A stretch of 64,000 nt of DNA, taken from assembly GCA_904063045.1 (NCBI GenBank), contig CAJFCJ010000021.1, positions 806,001 through 870,000 of the forward strand. The letters run 5' to 3'. Shown here one piece after another: positions 24,859-37,800 of this stretch (position 1 is its first letter; each line of letters starts with the position of its first letter). The notes under the pieces are model-generated. The model was not told the DNA's origin. It saw nothing but the letters and a program-made list of their open reading frames with translations, and did not search any database. Source of the DNA: Dimorphilus gyrociliatus (taxonomy: Eukaryota; Animalia; Annelida). The position numbers and the translations under genes are program-made.

Positions 24859-27800
24859 AGAGAGGGAGAAAGAGAAACCTTTTTTAAAACATTTATGAAA
24901 CAAATCTATTTTAAAACTAATGAATATCCTTATTGATTAATTGCTCATTTAATCATATACTGGATATAGTCAGTCTGGTTTATATTTAAAATAACTTTTA
25001 CTTTATTGTTCCTTTTTTTTTAAATGATAAAAGGCATTTTTTTGAATGATAAATGCTGCTTTCCTCTTATGACGTCATCTTTATTAAAAGCCGTAAATTC
25101 GTTCTTTTTTGTTATTTTTGGTTTTAATATTTTGTTGAAGAAAGCATCTTTATTCGAAATTTTTCTAATCTTTTAGATTTCTCTCTTCTATATTGTACAG
25201 ATTGCTTTAAGGAGAGAAGCGATAAACAGAAAGAAGATTAATATACTTGTTTATATCAATGATAGAAAGAAAGAGAAGGGGAAGGGGAACGATAAGCAGA
25301 AAAAGACAGAATACAGTATTCTGTATATTACGTGTTAAAAAATTACAATACCAATCGTATTCTGTATAATTGTCTCATTGTATGCAATTAAATAAAGGAA
25401 AAGAAAGTAAAGTTCTTGAATTTCTTCCAAGTATAATGATAGAATATTAAGATAAAAGAAAAGAGAAAATGTTCTTTCATTAATAAATTAATCAAAAATT
25501 GCATTACTCAGCATAAACAATTAATGAAAGAAACAAGTATGAAAAAGAAAGAAAAGAAACACTCCTCAACTTAAAAAGGAAAATAAAGACATTAGTAAAT
25601 AAATAGATAGATGGATGGATAGATAGATGGAGAGAAAGAAAGAAAGAGAGAAAGAATAAAGATATTCATTCATTAGTTGAATACTATAAAGAATATTAAT
25701 TGCGCTAATTAAAATAAACCTCTCTTAGAGTTTATACGCTACTTTTCCGTTATATAAACACTGTAAGATATATTTATATATACTTCCTATTATATACTTA
25801 GTAGGAATACTTGGAAAAACTGGAAATCAACATAACCAAACGCTTATTAGAAAAGTAGAATCGATAAGCTTTGAAGTTTTTCAACATGGTTTACAGTTGT
25901 TATATAGAATAATTTTTTTTTTATGAAATATGTAATTTGCGTGAGCATCTACTTTCTTTCGGTTGTGTATTTTACTTTAGCATGAGAATGTGGAACGTCA
26001 AAGAATTTCCTAATTGAAGAATGAGCGATGCTAATAAAAATGAAAATATGTTTTGTATTTATGTATACTTAAGTAGTAATAGATTAAATAGTATACACTG
26101 TCTATACAATGTCTACTACTTGTATAATTAGTATTGTACTGCGTTTATGTATTGTATATAGTACAATGTTTGCGCTGAACGTGAGCGTATATGTGAAAAT
26201 CTATTGCTTCTCTATGTACAAACAAACAATGTACGAGCGAGTGCGTGTGTATTTGTACTATATACAGTATATAGAGTATATATATATATATGTATATATA
26301 CATCTGAACTTATCTAATGTTGTATTTTTGTAAATATTTAGACGATTTATCGTTACAAGTGCATTCTATTCCGGATTTTTACCTCTCTCTAATTAAAGAG
26401 AACGTATAGACTATATATATATACTGTATATATAAATATAGCTCTCTTCCGCCCATATATTTAGATTTAGATTCAATTCAATAAAGATGAAAAAAGAAAG
26501 TTTTTAGAGAAAAGAAGAGATAAGAATACTTACGGAATATAAAAACTACCCATGGACGAATAGATAAGAAAATCGGAATTGTAAAAAATGCAGTTTTCAG
26601 GCGTCTCCTTTCTTGCATTTGTATAATTCATGCCGCAAGCGATTGGAAGACTAATAGCTATTGATACTATCCAAACTAATATTAACATCCCTTTAACTCT
26701 GCCTGTTTAATAAGAAAAGAGATTTATGTTATTTAAATAAAGAGGAAAAGTTAACACAACTAAGACGGTCTAATTTATTTTTAACAAAACATCTATTTAT
26801 TCCTTTCCTTCCTTCCTTTTTCTTTCATTCTTTATTCTTCTAACCATACCTTCACCTCCCGTCTCTCATTCCTATCTTTCAAATAGCAGTATCTAAGTCT
26901 ACTTTAGTACTTCTTTCGTGCATATTTTTTGTTGTCAAATTTTAATTAGCCATACCAGTAGAATATTTAAAAGAGTAGGAAAAGGTGAAATCGCTGATGG
27001 CATGCGCACCCAATTCAATTTATTTACCGCTCATATAAATTTTACTTATTTTCGTGTACAGTATATTGTCGTCTCATGTTTAAGCCTAGTTAATTATCTC
27101 TTTTCTCTTCTTATTACTTTTTAGATACAATAAAAGGAGAGAGAGAGAGAGAGAGAGAGAGATGGACAGATGCCTACACAAATATAAGAGAAGATAGAGA
27201 GGGAGAACGAATTCATGGGAACTGTAGGGCAGAGGGATTAGGGAGTATAGCGAGGTAAAAGAAAAAAAGAGACGTTACCTGAGTATTAAACAGTATTATA
27301 ATTGTTGTTAGTATATAGGTTTTTAAAGGAAATAGGTTGGGCGAAAATAATACACAAAACGCCTCTCTTTCTTATATTGGTATATATCACTTACAGTTCT
27401 GAAATAAAACATTACCTGCTATATAAAAAAAAGAAAAAACTGTATTGCCTGTCAGTGGCTTACGTTATAAATTGTAAAAATAAAATTGCAGTTGAGATCT
27501 GCAATTTTTTTCATTCTACTATAAAACTGAATCTTTTCTCTTTTTTGCTTTGGTTTTTATCCATAAATTATACTTTATCAAAGTACTAATTAAAGGGATA
27601 ACTTTCTTAAAAATGAAAGTAGAATTAAGTATGTAAAGTTGATTATATCTTCCCGGATGGAAACAAATTACTTTCTAAAATGGCCTTTTGCTTCCACTTA
27701 ACGGAAATCGAAGGGCAAAATTAAGTCAAATCTATATTGTAATGGGGTGTTTTTTAGTGTTTTGGTAAAAACTACCGATTATCATCTTTACAAGAGAATT

Positions 27801-29239
27801 TTATCCTTTCTTGTAAAATCTATGTAATCTATGGATAATTATTATCCTTGCGGCTTTAGTTGCTGTAAGCCCAACTGCTGGAACTTTTCATAACATTCTC
27901 TTTGCTATATTGCCCAAGGTTGTTAATTACGAATTCCTAAACGTTTTACGAGTAGCATCCGTTTCGCTACACTTCTCCAAAGGAAATAAGAAGTGAAAAT
28001 TTAACGGAAGATATCACTTATAAGGAAAACATCTCTCATCTCCTTTTAACCAAGCGAAAACAGATAACAAAAAGAATATCTATACGTAAAATTAAACTAG
28101 CTCCACCTGGCGACGAGATAATTAATTTCCCTTTCCCTTTGGAGCTGGCTTCTTAAATGATATCGGTTGAACGCCCTAACGTGTTTAAGTTACAAGTTCA
28201 TCATCTATTTTATAAAATCCAATTAATAAGAAGGAACTCGTTAGAAGATTCTGTTAGATTCTGTCGTTATAAAATACTGTTATATATCCTTTATCATACT
28301 CTTTGAGCTTTATTCATAATTTTTATTGTTCTACTTTTCATCATTTCTACTCCCGTCCTTCTCATCTCCCCTACGCTCTCTTTCTCTTACTTCTCGTGCA
28401 CACATGCGACTGTATATATAATCTCTTGATGGAGTATTGAAGTAAAGAGGGCCTAGAATAAATAAACGCCGAAGGCTAACCCTTAATCAATGTAATACGA
28501 TAACTTATTTCATTTAATTTACTTCAATTGCAATTGTACACGTTCTTACGCTTTTACTCGTAAGAAAAAATCTCTACGGGAGGGAGAGAACAAAGAGAGG
28601 TAGTAGAAAGGGAGGGGCAGTGGGAGGAGCAGGCAGAGAAGTAGGCAGATGAGGAATAAGGTATATAAATTAGATTGACAATTATATTGTAAGATAAAGA
28701 AAAGAGCAACAGGGTCAGAAACTTAGAGACATGAGAGAAGATGAAAAAGAAAGAAATAAAAGAGAAAGGAATGAGGACATGTATAATAATAGAATTATGT
28801 CTTGTCGAAAATTTTTCCTATTATCGGTTTTTAATTCTAAGAAGTATTTTAGTGGTAGCGTGTAAAAAGAAATCTATTTCCGGCTGTTAATGTTCTTTTT
28901 CTGCCAGACAGAACCTAGGTCCGTATCTTAAATTTGTAACGGACCAAGTATCTCTCCTCCTCCTCCTCCTCCTCCTCCTCTTTCTTTCAAAGAATCCCCT
29001 CTTGATACCAGCATTTGGCTTTAGATAGACAAAATTCCCATCTTTTATCCTTGAATTTTTTAACTATCTTTTCTAGTTTGATAAGAAAAGTATTGGGCTA
29101 TCGGAGATGTATGATGTATACAGACGAGGAAAAATATTACGAGTTGGAGAAAGATATACAAAATAAAATAAAGTAAAAGATAGAAAGAGTGAGAGGAAGG
29201 AAGGAAGGGAGTGAGGGAGGGAGATAGATAGATAGATAA

Positions 29240-29272
<33 letters not shown>

Positions 29273-30615
29273 AAGAGAGAGAGAATGGTAGCCGAAAATA
29301 ACAAAATAAGAAAATGGTCAAGGATAGCCAGAGTGAGGATAAATTCTATTTTGTTTTTTCTTATCTACTGTTTCTCTTTAAGCAAAGACCATTCCATCCT
29401 ATTACTTATCGATCACCGCGTGATGCAAAATGAATAAACTCGAAATATCTTCGCTTTTCTTAAAAGACTAATGATATTCTCATTAGTCTTGATTTACATC
29501 AATCAATGTCTCGTCCCACGTACAATACCCAAGACGAGAAGAAATTTCATAAAGTAAAAAATTATATGCCTATTCAACTTAACTTAACATGCAATGCGGA
29601 TTTGTATGTTTTTCAAGATAGGATTGCTCTAGGGAAAATAAGGGAAACTTACGCCTCTTTACCCCTTCAACACTACTCTTGCTACTTCCTCCTAGTTTAT
29701 TCATTTATAAATTCAAACATTCGTCATTTCGTAAATGATATCCGGTGTGCTTAGTACATTATGTATACATTATTAACTTCTTATATAAACTGGGCATGGT
29801 CAATACCGTAAGGTCATACTTAATTAATGCGCTTCATCGGAATCACTGGAATATGTCCAAGAGACAATAAATTAACGTTTTTGTAGGACTCTTAGAGGTC
29901 ATGGGCCAAAAGACGCTTAGAATAATTACGAAATCGACACAATATTATTATTAATATAGCCTCTATTATTGTTTAAGTGCACCTTTTTCTTTTCAACTCG
30001 TTCCCTCCCACCTCCGTCTCTTTCTTTTTTGTTTTTTCTTTTTGCCTCGGCTCTTTTTTCCCACACACTCTCTCTCTTTCTCTCTTTCTCTCTTCTTCTT
30101 CTCCTTTGATAAGTAATTTTTTCCTATTAACAAAGGGATGGAAACTTTTTTGATTCAATCCTTGTTAATTGTTAGGAAATACTTTATCTCCTTATCATCT
30201 TATATAATATTAAACGATGTAATATCATTAAGAATTTCTTATCAAAGTAATAATTAACATTCCCAAGGGATTGGAAAATCTATTCAATTTAAATAGAATT
30301 TTAAAGGTTTAACTTCAAAAATATCTATTTAACTATGTAACTAATTTTTAGTTGAATTATATATGCGATATACTGTATATACTGTATATAGAACACCAGC
30401 GTTACTTCATTTTCTATGACCTGCCAAATTAGGAGGAAAAATTGAGCTATAACTAGTTTTAGAGGCTTTTTCTTTGATAAATTTTTGTGTGAAAAATATC
30501 CTCTTAATTTACTATTCGAATATTTTCACATCATTACTTTTCCTAAACACATTTAAACTTTTAATTAACTCTTTTTTTTACCCCTTTCTTTCTTTTTCTT
30601 AGTCGCTCACTCACT

Positions 30616-30658
<43 letters not shown>

Positions 30659-31748
30659 GCTCACACACACACACACACACCCCTATTCCTTCTTCCTTTC
30701 ATTCAATCTCTTCTCTCGTCTCTAACCATCAATACACAGACCGTCTTAATTACGTAATATCATATCTATTATAAATACTAATTATGTTTAAAAATATTTC
30801 GTAATGAGGAAGGTAAATAGGAAAAAAATGGGGAAGAAAAGAATATTCCCCAGCAAAAACAAACGAACCAGAAGATTTGTGTCTGGCGTACTTGATAGGC
30901 TGAGTGACGGCGATGAATCGATCAACAGATATTGCAGTCAAATTGAGAATCGACGCCGTACAACCCATTACGTCCGTGGCAACCCAAGCGTCACAGAGTA
31001 TGTCACCCAACTGCCACTTGTTGTTATTCACCTGTTCACCGGACGTTTCCAAACTAATTATACTTTCTCATAATAATATTGAATATATATGAATAAACTG
31101 TATGGATACATATATATATATATACTGTATATATGAAACTAAGAGTATCCTGTATATATATTAGTATATAAATATACTGTATATGTATGTTGAAATGTGT
31201 AAATTGCGTGCTTATCTGTATAATCTAGTATAAGAGTACACTATTGCTGTATGGTTGTAATGTCTGTTTTGTAAAACCTAAGTTTTTCAAAGTTACGTTC
31301 TGGGAAAGTATTTCAATATAAAATTACCTCAACGTAAACAGCAAGCGGCATTACACACATGGCAACGACAATATCGGCAATGGCTAGAGAGACTATAAAG
31401 TAGTTTGTCGCCGTCCTTAATTGGCGTTCCCTCTACAATTTCACATTTTTTTTATTAAAATATATTTTATTGCGAAATTTTCCACTTTTCTTTCAAGGAT
31501 TCCCTCCTTAAGGACTTTTCTTTCTTTTTCCCTTTTTTCTTTCTTTTTAATAGTTTACTTTATTATATTTATAATTCAAATTTGATCTTTTTTCTTCCTA
31601 AGTTTAGCGAACAAGAATTAAAACACTACTGTATCTGTTTTTTGTATTGTAATGGCTTACTCTTTTTCTTTTCTCTCTATTTATCTATCTACATCCTCTC
31701 TCTTAATTCTATCTATCTCTTATCTCTCTCTCTCTCTGTCTCTCTCTG

Positions 31749-31797
<49 letters not shown>

Positions 31798-32391
31798 ATC
31801 CAACGTAACTGTTAGTTTGTTAGGAGGCTATGTTTTGCCACGTGACTTTTCTTTACTAACAATAATGGAGTAAGAAAATTACTAGGTAGATAGAGGTAGT
31901 ACGCCTTCTATGTCAACTTTGTAGACTTATTAGACAAGTCGTTGACCCTTCTTCTATCTAGCAAGTAGGTCTGTATAAATGAAGCGATAAATGAAACTCT
32001 GATCTGGTGCATATTATTTAAAGCATATGAAATTCTCGTCAATTTATCATCGAGGAACATAAAAAAGGACGTTTTCTGATTCTTATTTAATTTACGAATA
32101 TCACGTGATTTCTCCCTTGTATTTTTTGGCTTAGTTACATAGAGTTAATCCTTGAAGGAGAATGGAAATTCCTTGAGCAGTTATATTCTGTTTGAAACTT
32201 ACGTAGACGCTTAAAACCACTAGCACGTTTCCAAATATGGTAAAAGCAGGAAAGAATAACAATAATAATTTAACAAGCGCCAAATCAGCTTCTCTGTTGT
32301 CTGTAGAATTCGTTGAGTAAGTAGAATTCGGCAAAAAGTCAAATAAGTCGCCATACAATTCGAAGCCTCGCCCAGTCGAATTCTCGTTCAT
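21391..32391 (-). CDS. DRD2: D2-like dopamine receptor (class A GPCR), 424 aa; exons 32391-32203, 31432-31328, 31031-30869, 26702-26534, 24286-23874, 21817-21700, 21508-21391
   Basis: All 7 TMs recovered in frame (1275 nt): TM1 [13 protein letters not shown]2 [13 protein letters not shown]3 Asp3.32 in [14 protein letters not shown] then [18 protein letters not shown]5 [10 protein letters not shown] (catechol-binding serines), ICL3 end [16 protein letters not shown]6 CWVPFF, TM7 [14 protein letters not shown]. Long ICL3 with a short C-tail is D2-type; three N-terminal NST sequons. Confidence 0.92.
21700..21817 (-). CDS. DRD2: D2-like receptor coding exon 6 (TM6, ECL3)
   Basis: catctacag|[24 protein letters not shown]...EMLF AG|gtaatt. 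Confidence 0.93.
22165..22211. repeat. (TA)n microsatellite in a D2-like receptor intron
   Basis: Visible dinucleotide run. Confidence 0.9.
23874..24286 (-). CDS. DRD2: D2-like receptor coding exon 5 (end of TM5, ICL3, start of TM6)
   Basis: acaaacag|[13 protein letters not shown]...KTLAIVL G|gtacga; overlaps ORF 23851-24276. Confidence 0.93.
24813..24870. repeat. (GA)n/(GGA) purine tract
   Basis: Visible run; ends approximate. Confidence 0.85.
26534..26702 (-). CDS. DRD2: D2-like receptor coding exon 4 (TM4, ECL2, start of TM5)
   Basis: ttaaacag|[28 protein letters not shown]...[22 protein letters not shown]|gtaagt. Confidence 0.93.
30618..30680. repeat. Compound (TC)n then (CA)n microsatellite
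   Basis: Visible runs; ends approximate. Confidence 0.85.
30869..31031 (-). CDS. DRD2: D2-like receptor coding exon 3 (TM3, DRF motif)
   Basis: gaacag|[14 protein letters not shown]...KYARHKSS G|gttcgt; boundaries inferred from phase compatibility. Confidence 0.85.
31328..31432 (-). CDS. DRD2: D2-like receptor coding exon 2 (ICL1, TM2)
   Basis: aattgtag|[35 protein letters not shown]|gtaatt. Confidence 0.93.
31723..31795. repeat. Imperfect (TC)n microsatellite
   Basis: Visible run. Confidence 0.9.
32203..32391 (-). CDS. DRD2: D2-like receptor coding exon 1 (N-terminus, TM1)
   Basis: ORF 32131-32391; GTC TAC|gtaagt at 32202. Confidence 0.9.
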
Positions 32392-32418
32392 TTCCGATCT
32401 TACGAATTAGCTTTTGTA
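32392..32418 (-). other. DRD2: 27-nt 5'-UTR segment preceded by a splice acceptor (ctttcattccag), implying an upstream non-coding exon
   Basis: Pyrimidine tract plus cag, AG at 32420-32419, just upstream of the ATG. Inference from splice motif. Confidence 0.5.
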
Positions 32419-33202
32419 CTGGAATGAAAGTCGATTTGTTTGTCGTTGACGTACTTTTTTTTATTAGTTCGGCCTAGATGATATTTTATTAGTAGCGTAA
32501 AACGGTGATTGGTATAGGGGAATAAAATATTAGATCAAACTAGAAATACAGAATAAAGATGTTCAATCTTTAGTTGGATTTTCGAATATTCTTTATTAGT
32601 GATTTCATATTTTCTATGGATTTTTATCTATATTTACTGTCTATTCTCTATGTACTGCATTACAACTGTATGTAGGATACATCTATATAAACCTTTAGTA
32701 CTATTCCGTTAATATTACAACTACTTTTTTCATTTGCTTGTCACACTCTGGCATTTGTTGTTGCAGACTGCAAAAAAATGTTTAATAGGCCGAAATGCAA
32801 GCATCTGGGAATTGGTCGTTACTATGACAAACTTTTGATATTTCGTACAATTTGTTAGGACAATTCTACGCACACATTCATTTTTTTTTCGTATTATGCC
32901 TTTTGTTATAAAGAAAACAAACCAAAAAGAAAAGAAAAAGAAATAGAACGCAAGCCAAATGTAATGATTCAGCAAGATTACCTTTTGTCTCTTTTTTTCT
33001 CTCTTTCTTATTTATTTATTAATTTTTCCTTATTTTTTATTTTCTTTTTGCCTTAACAATATAACAAAGGAAAAAAGAGAGGTGTGGTCAATCAGTAGAA
33101 TATAGATAGAGAGGTGTGTTTATAGTAGATAAACTGGACCTATAGAAATATATGAATAAAATATGACAAAACTCCTATTGAATGGAGGACTTGTATATAT
33201 AA

Positions 33203-33234
<32 letters not shown>

Positions 33235-36200
33235 GAATTTGTATTAGAGAATGTTTACATTGTTACTAGAAAACATACACACGTATCTGTACATCAATCG
33301 CTTCCTTTCTATTACAACTTATACTCTATTTGCTGAAAATGGAAAAGTCAACTGCAAGAACTTGAAATAATTGGCACGAGATGAATGCTATATTATATGA
33401 CAAACTGTCCAGTCAAACGTCCTAAATAATTATAATCAGATCAGTCATTCGTCCCAATATTTTTTACGATTGTCAAAAGAGTCTCAAATATTCCTGATGA
33501 TACATTCCGCCTATTAATGATAACAGTAGTAGTTTATGTATGTAGATTTAACATTGGGTAAATGAAATTGCTCAAATATCACATTATAGCTTGTATTAAG
33601 TTAGATAATTTCTTTTTAAATCTTTAATTTATCAACTTTCATGTCATTTTACACTTACGTAATTAAAAATTACTAAAAAAGATGCACTAGCACGGTCAGC
33701 CTACCTTCGTAGGACGGACTGCTTCTGTTGTTTTGAACAGCCTGTTTCTTAGTTACGTCATATGTAAAAAAAAACAGTTTCGTGACGAATGGTTTTGTGT
33801 CTATTATAAATTAGATAATTAGTCAATTAATTAAATTATAGGCGTAATTTATTTCGGTCTTTTCATTTTTTTTTCTTTTACATAAAAAGGAAAAAAGTAA
33901 AGAGAAAAGAATTTAGGTCAATAGAAGAAAAATAATGAAAGAAAAACTTAAAAAAAAAAAAAATTATTCAAGTAGAGCTTTTAAAGTTATAGATAGATTT
34001 TATTTATTTTTACAAACGCGTTTATATATGGATTGTTTGTCTCGGATAAACTTGGACAAGCTAGTACTTTACTTTAATTGAAAATACAAGTCTAATGTAC
34101 ATAAAAGTATATTGATAAACGATTCCCATTTTAAAAAGCTTTGTAAATAATTTAAAACTGTTCAGTTTGTTAATTTCGTTTGTCACGCCTTACATTTTTA
34201 TCTAGGGCATTAAAAGCTAATCTTTTTATTCTCAAAATCTATAAACTCTGCCGATAAGGCGGAGAATGTAAATGAAAAGAAATTAATCATCTATCCAACT
34301 AGCTGACAAACCCTATCTTATTCCTTTCCTTCTTCTCTCTTATCTGTAGACTTTTACAATACAATAACAACCCGTATACGGGTACGTCCTAAGTCGGACA
34401 CCTCTCTTTACTCTTCTTCTCCTCCCCTCTCCACCGTGTCTGCCAGTTGTTTATTTTTAGACATTTTAGACATATAACTTTTAATAATTCGATCCTAAAA
34501 CTCAAACTAATAAGGCTCAAACCAATACGTGTTTATTATTTATTTCTCGGTAGGGAAACGTTCTAACGTTTGTTTGTCGTAGTCTTTTTAATATAGAAAT
34601 TTATATAAACACATCAGTTAAATGCCAGTTGAAAGCATGTTTGTCATTTTGTAAAGTTAAGCGAATAGTTAATTAATTTATTATTATTATTGAAGAAAAA
34701 AGGGAAAAGAAAAAATAAGCCTGGAAATCTCTTTAGATAAGATATCATCTTTAGCTTTTTACACATTTCTTTAGAAATACATTTTCCTCAGTTTGTTTTC
34801 CTTAGATTGCCAACTTATTTCAAACTTTGTACAAGATTTGGTTTGTAATACTATATGCTAGTTTGCCCTGTTTTCTCCATAATTATCTGAAAATAAGAAC
34901 TCTTCCCCTTTCTACATGCCAGTTTTATGAACGTTTAAAGTTCAATCTGTGGGTTAGTTTAGCTAATCCTTGTTGGTCATTTTCTAAGAATTACTGATTA
35001 ATTATTCATCCAATTAGAGACAAGACTATCTACGAAAGTAAACCTAGCATACTTACATATAAACACATACATACACACTGGCAGACATACACGCACGCGC
35101 ACACACACACTCGCAAATAGAGAGAAAAATAAATTTAATTGAATAAGAAATCGCAAGTCATTTCAGTAAATATTGATATACGGCAGATTGGTACAATAAA
35201 GAAAATTATCTCTTATTAACGGTAAAACATCTTATCTATAGAGTATAAGAAAACATACATCTGTATTTATATATGAATATATAATCAAGACTAGGAATAG
35301 AAGAGGACAAAAGAAGGGAATACAGGAAACGTTGAAGAGGACGCGTATAAGAATATATCGAGCTAATTAAGTGCAATAAAATTAGTAGAGTAAATTCGTT
35401 GTATAAATTAGGCGATGGAACATAAGGATTCGATTAGTTCCTTTGTTCAAAGATTTCTAAGGAGAAGAGCTGTAAAAAGGAAACTTTTTTTCTTTTTCTT
35501 CTTTTCCTCCCTTCCCTTTTTTCGATTAGAGAATAGCGCACATATCTACTGTATACTTTCTATTAATTGAGGTAAATGGGGCCGAATCATAATCTTTTAT
35601 TAATAAAGACTATCGTTAAAAAAGATTAGTGATAAATAATGAAAATAATAAACAAACAAGCAAGCAAGCGCACTTTTCCTGAAGAGTGAAAAAAGGGCAA
35701 CAGGAGGAGGAGGAGGAGAAAGAGAGTGTAAGTATTGCAACAATGGGACGTTTTTTTTGTCTGCTAAGAGCTACGAGGATAGAGAAGAAGAAATTGATAA
35801 CAAGTATCGATTTGTTTTGCGCCATCAACAAACAATTGTTTAACCACTCGAGCATTAAGTTATTTTTTTTTGTATTTAGCTTAAGTTCCTATTATTTCAC
35901 CAATTGTTAATATTAATTATGCTTTAGAGACAAAATTTGACCTAAATAAAAGAATAAAACAACGTTTTTAACTTGATACATATTTATGCTATAATAAGCA
36001 TTGCACAGTACATATACGGTAGTATTCATACGTTCTGTGTATTGTGTATATGACAAACCTTAATACTTATAGATTAATCACTTAAACTAATACTTAAATT
36101 AAAAGTAGCTCTTTAAATAAATATTAAATACACCAATACATTATAAAGCCACTACAGTGGTTATACGAACCCGTTTCATAAATTATCCGATCCATTAAAA

Positions 36201-37744
36201 TGACAATAGATATAAAAATAAAGTCACTAACTCGTCGGCCTGTTTGTCGGGCCTAATTACAAACGCTATCCTTTATCAATATACGGGTTTTTTTCTCCCT
36301 TGTTTCCTTTTTGTTGCAATCAACTCCACAAGACAAGAGTCTTTGGATAGGAAAGACAAAAAAAACACACATAAATTGTTTGTAATGCGTTAAATTGGCT
36401 ATAATGCCGTGTGTTTTATACCTGCAGTGATAAACTTATTAAAATATATTTATATATAAAAATTGGCGGTCATCTCTTAAATTGTCAAACTATCTTCTTG
36501 TATTCTTTTTCTTTTGTATGTCTAACTCTCTTTAGCTTGTCAAAATCTAAGCGAAAAATATGCAAAACTAAAAGTAATGGGCTTGCATAGGTGTATAATA
36601 TTCCAGTACGCTAATGATATATATTAAATACAACATGGGTTAAAAGCAGTATATTCTATTTGCATATTTCTACACTGAATATACTAAACTGCAAAATCCT
36701 ATTTGTTTGCTTGTTTATTCTTTTGACAGAATAGCTGAACAAAACTCTTGCGGTAGTAGAGGTGATTGGCGGCGATTTAATACAATTAAAACGTCTCATT
36801 TTATTTTAAGAGTTGCTGCTTGTTTGCCTACTGTTTGGCGTATACTCTGGAGTAAAGAAGAGAGCAAAATCCTATAAAACGGCGACGACAATGGGAGAGG
36901 ATGAGAGATTAGAGGCAACGATAGATTATTGGGATAAAAAGTGATAAAAATGATTATTACTTAAGAAAATTAAAGGCTAAATGAGAAGAATTCTATTTTT
37001 CCTCTAGTTTGAATCTTCACCCAAATGCCAACTTGTGGAGCATGTTGAAGACTCTTCAAAAATTCACTTAACATTAACAGGTTTTTAGTTCTTTTCTTAA
37101 TTGCAAATGAAAATATACGACTGCAAAATATACAGTATATACTGTATAGAACCTGTCCTACTATTATCTACTATATAATAGACTCTAAACTCTCCTTTGG
37201 ATAGTATATTCACTCATTATAAAATGAGAAGTAATTACAGTCTTCTCAACAATAAACAATGTGTTATTTCACCTTAAATATTCAACTAAACTGTATAAAC
37301 ATACAATACATTGAATATTCATATAAATAAAAAACTCTGTAATATATATATATATATATATTTATATACATAGTATATTGTTTATAAATGACAAACTACG
37401 ACTCTATTTACAGTATATATAAATACAAGTCTACTGTATAGGGTTTATTACTTTATATTAAATGCAATATATTTCTTTCGAAGACTATTTAATGATAACT
37501 TTCGAAAATCCAACTAAGCGTTTTGACCTGTTTGTAAAGAGCATGTAGACTTAAAAGAGGGTATAGCAAGCTAATGTCATTCACACGCTCCGGGAATTAT
37601 GAAAGTGTACAAAATTTCCAAAAGCATCTGCCCGTTTATCAATGTTAGAGACCAACTTTATTCCTACCTAAGCCTACTTTTATAGTTATATATCTATTAA
37701 ATATATACTCTGAACTGAAAGAGAGACATATATATATATATGCA

Positions 37745-37747
<3 letters not shown>

Positions 37748-37792
<45 letters not shown>

Positions 37793-37800
37793 TATATATA
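37748..37800. repeat. (TA)n microsatellite interrupted by CAG
   Basis: Visible run with TACAGTA at 37788-37794. Confidence 0.9.
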
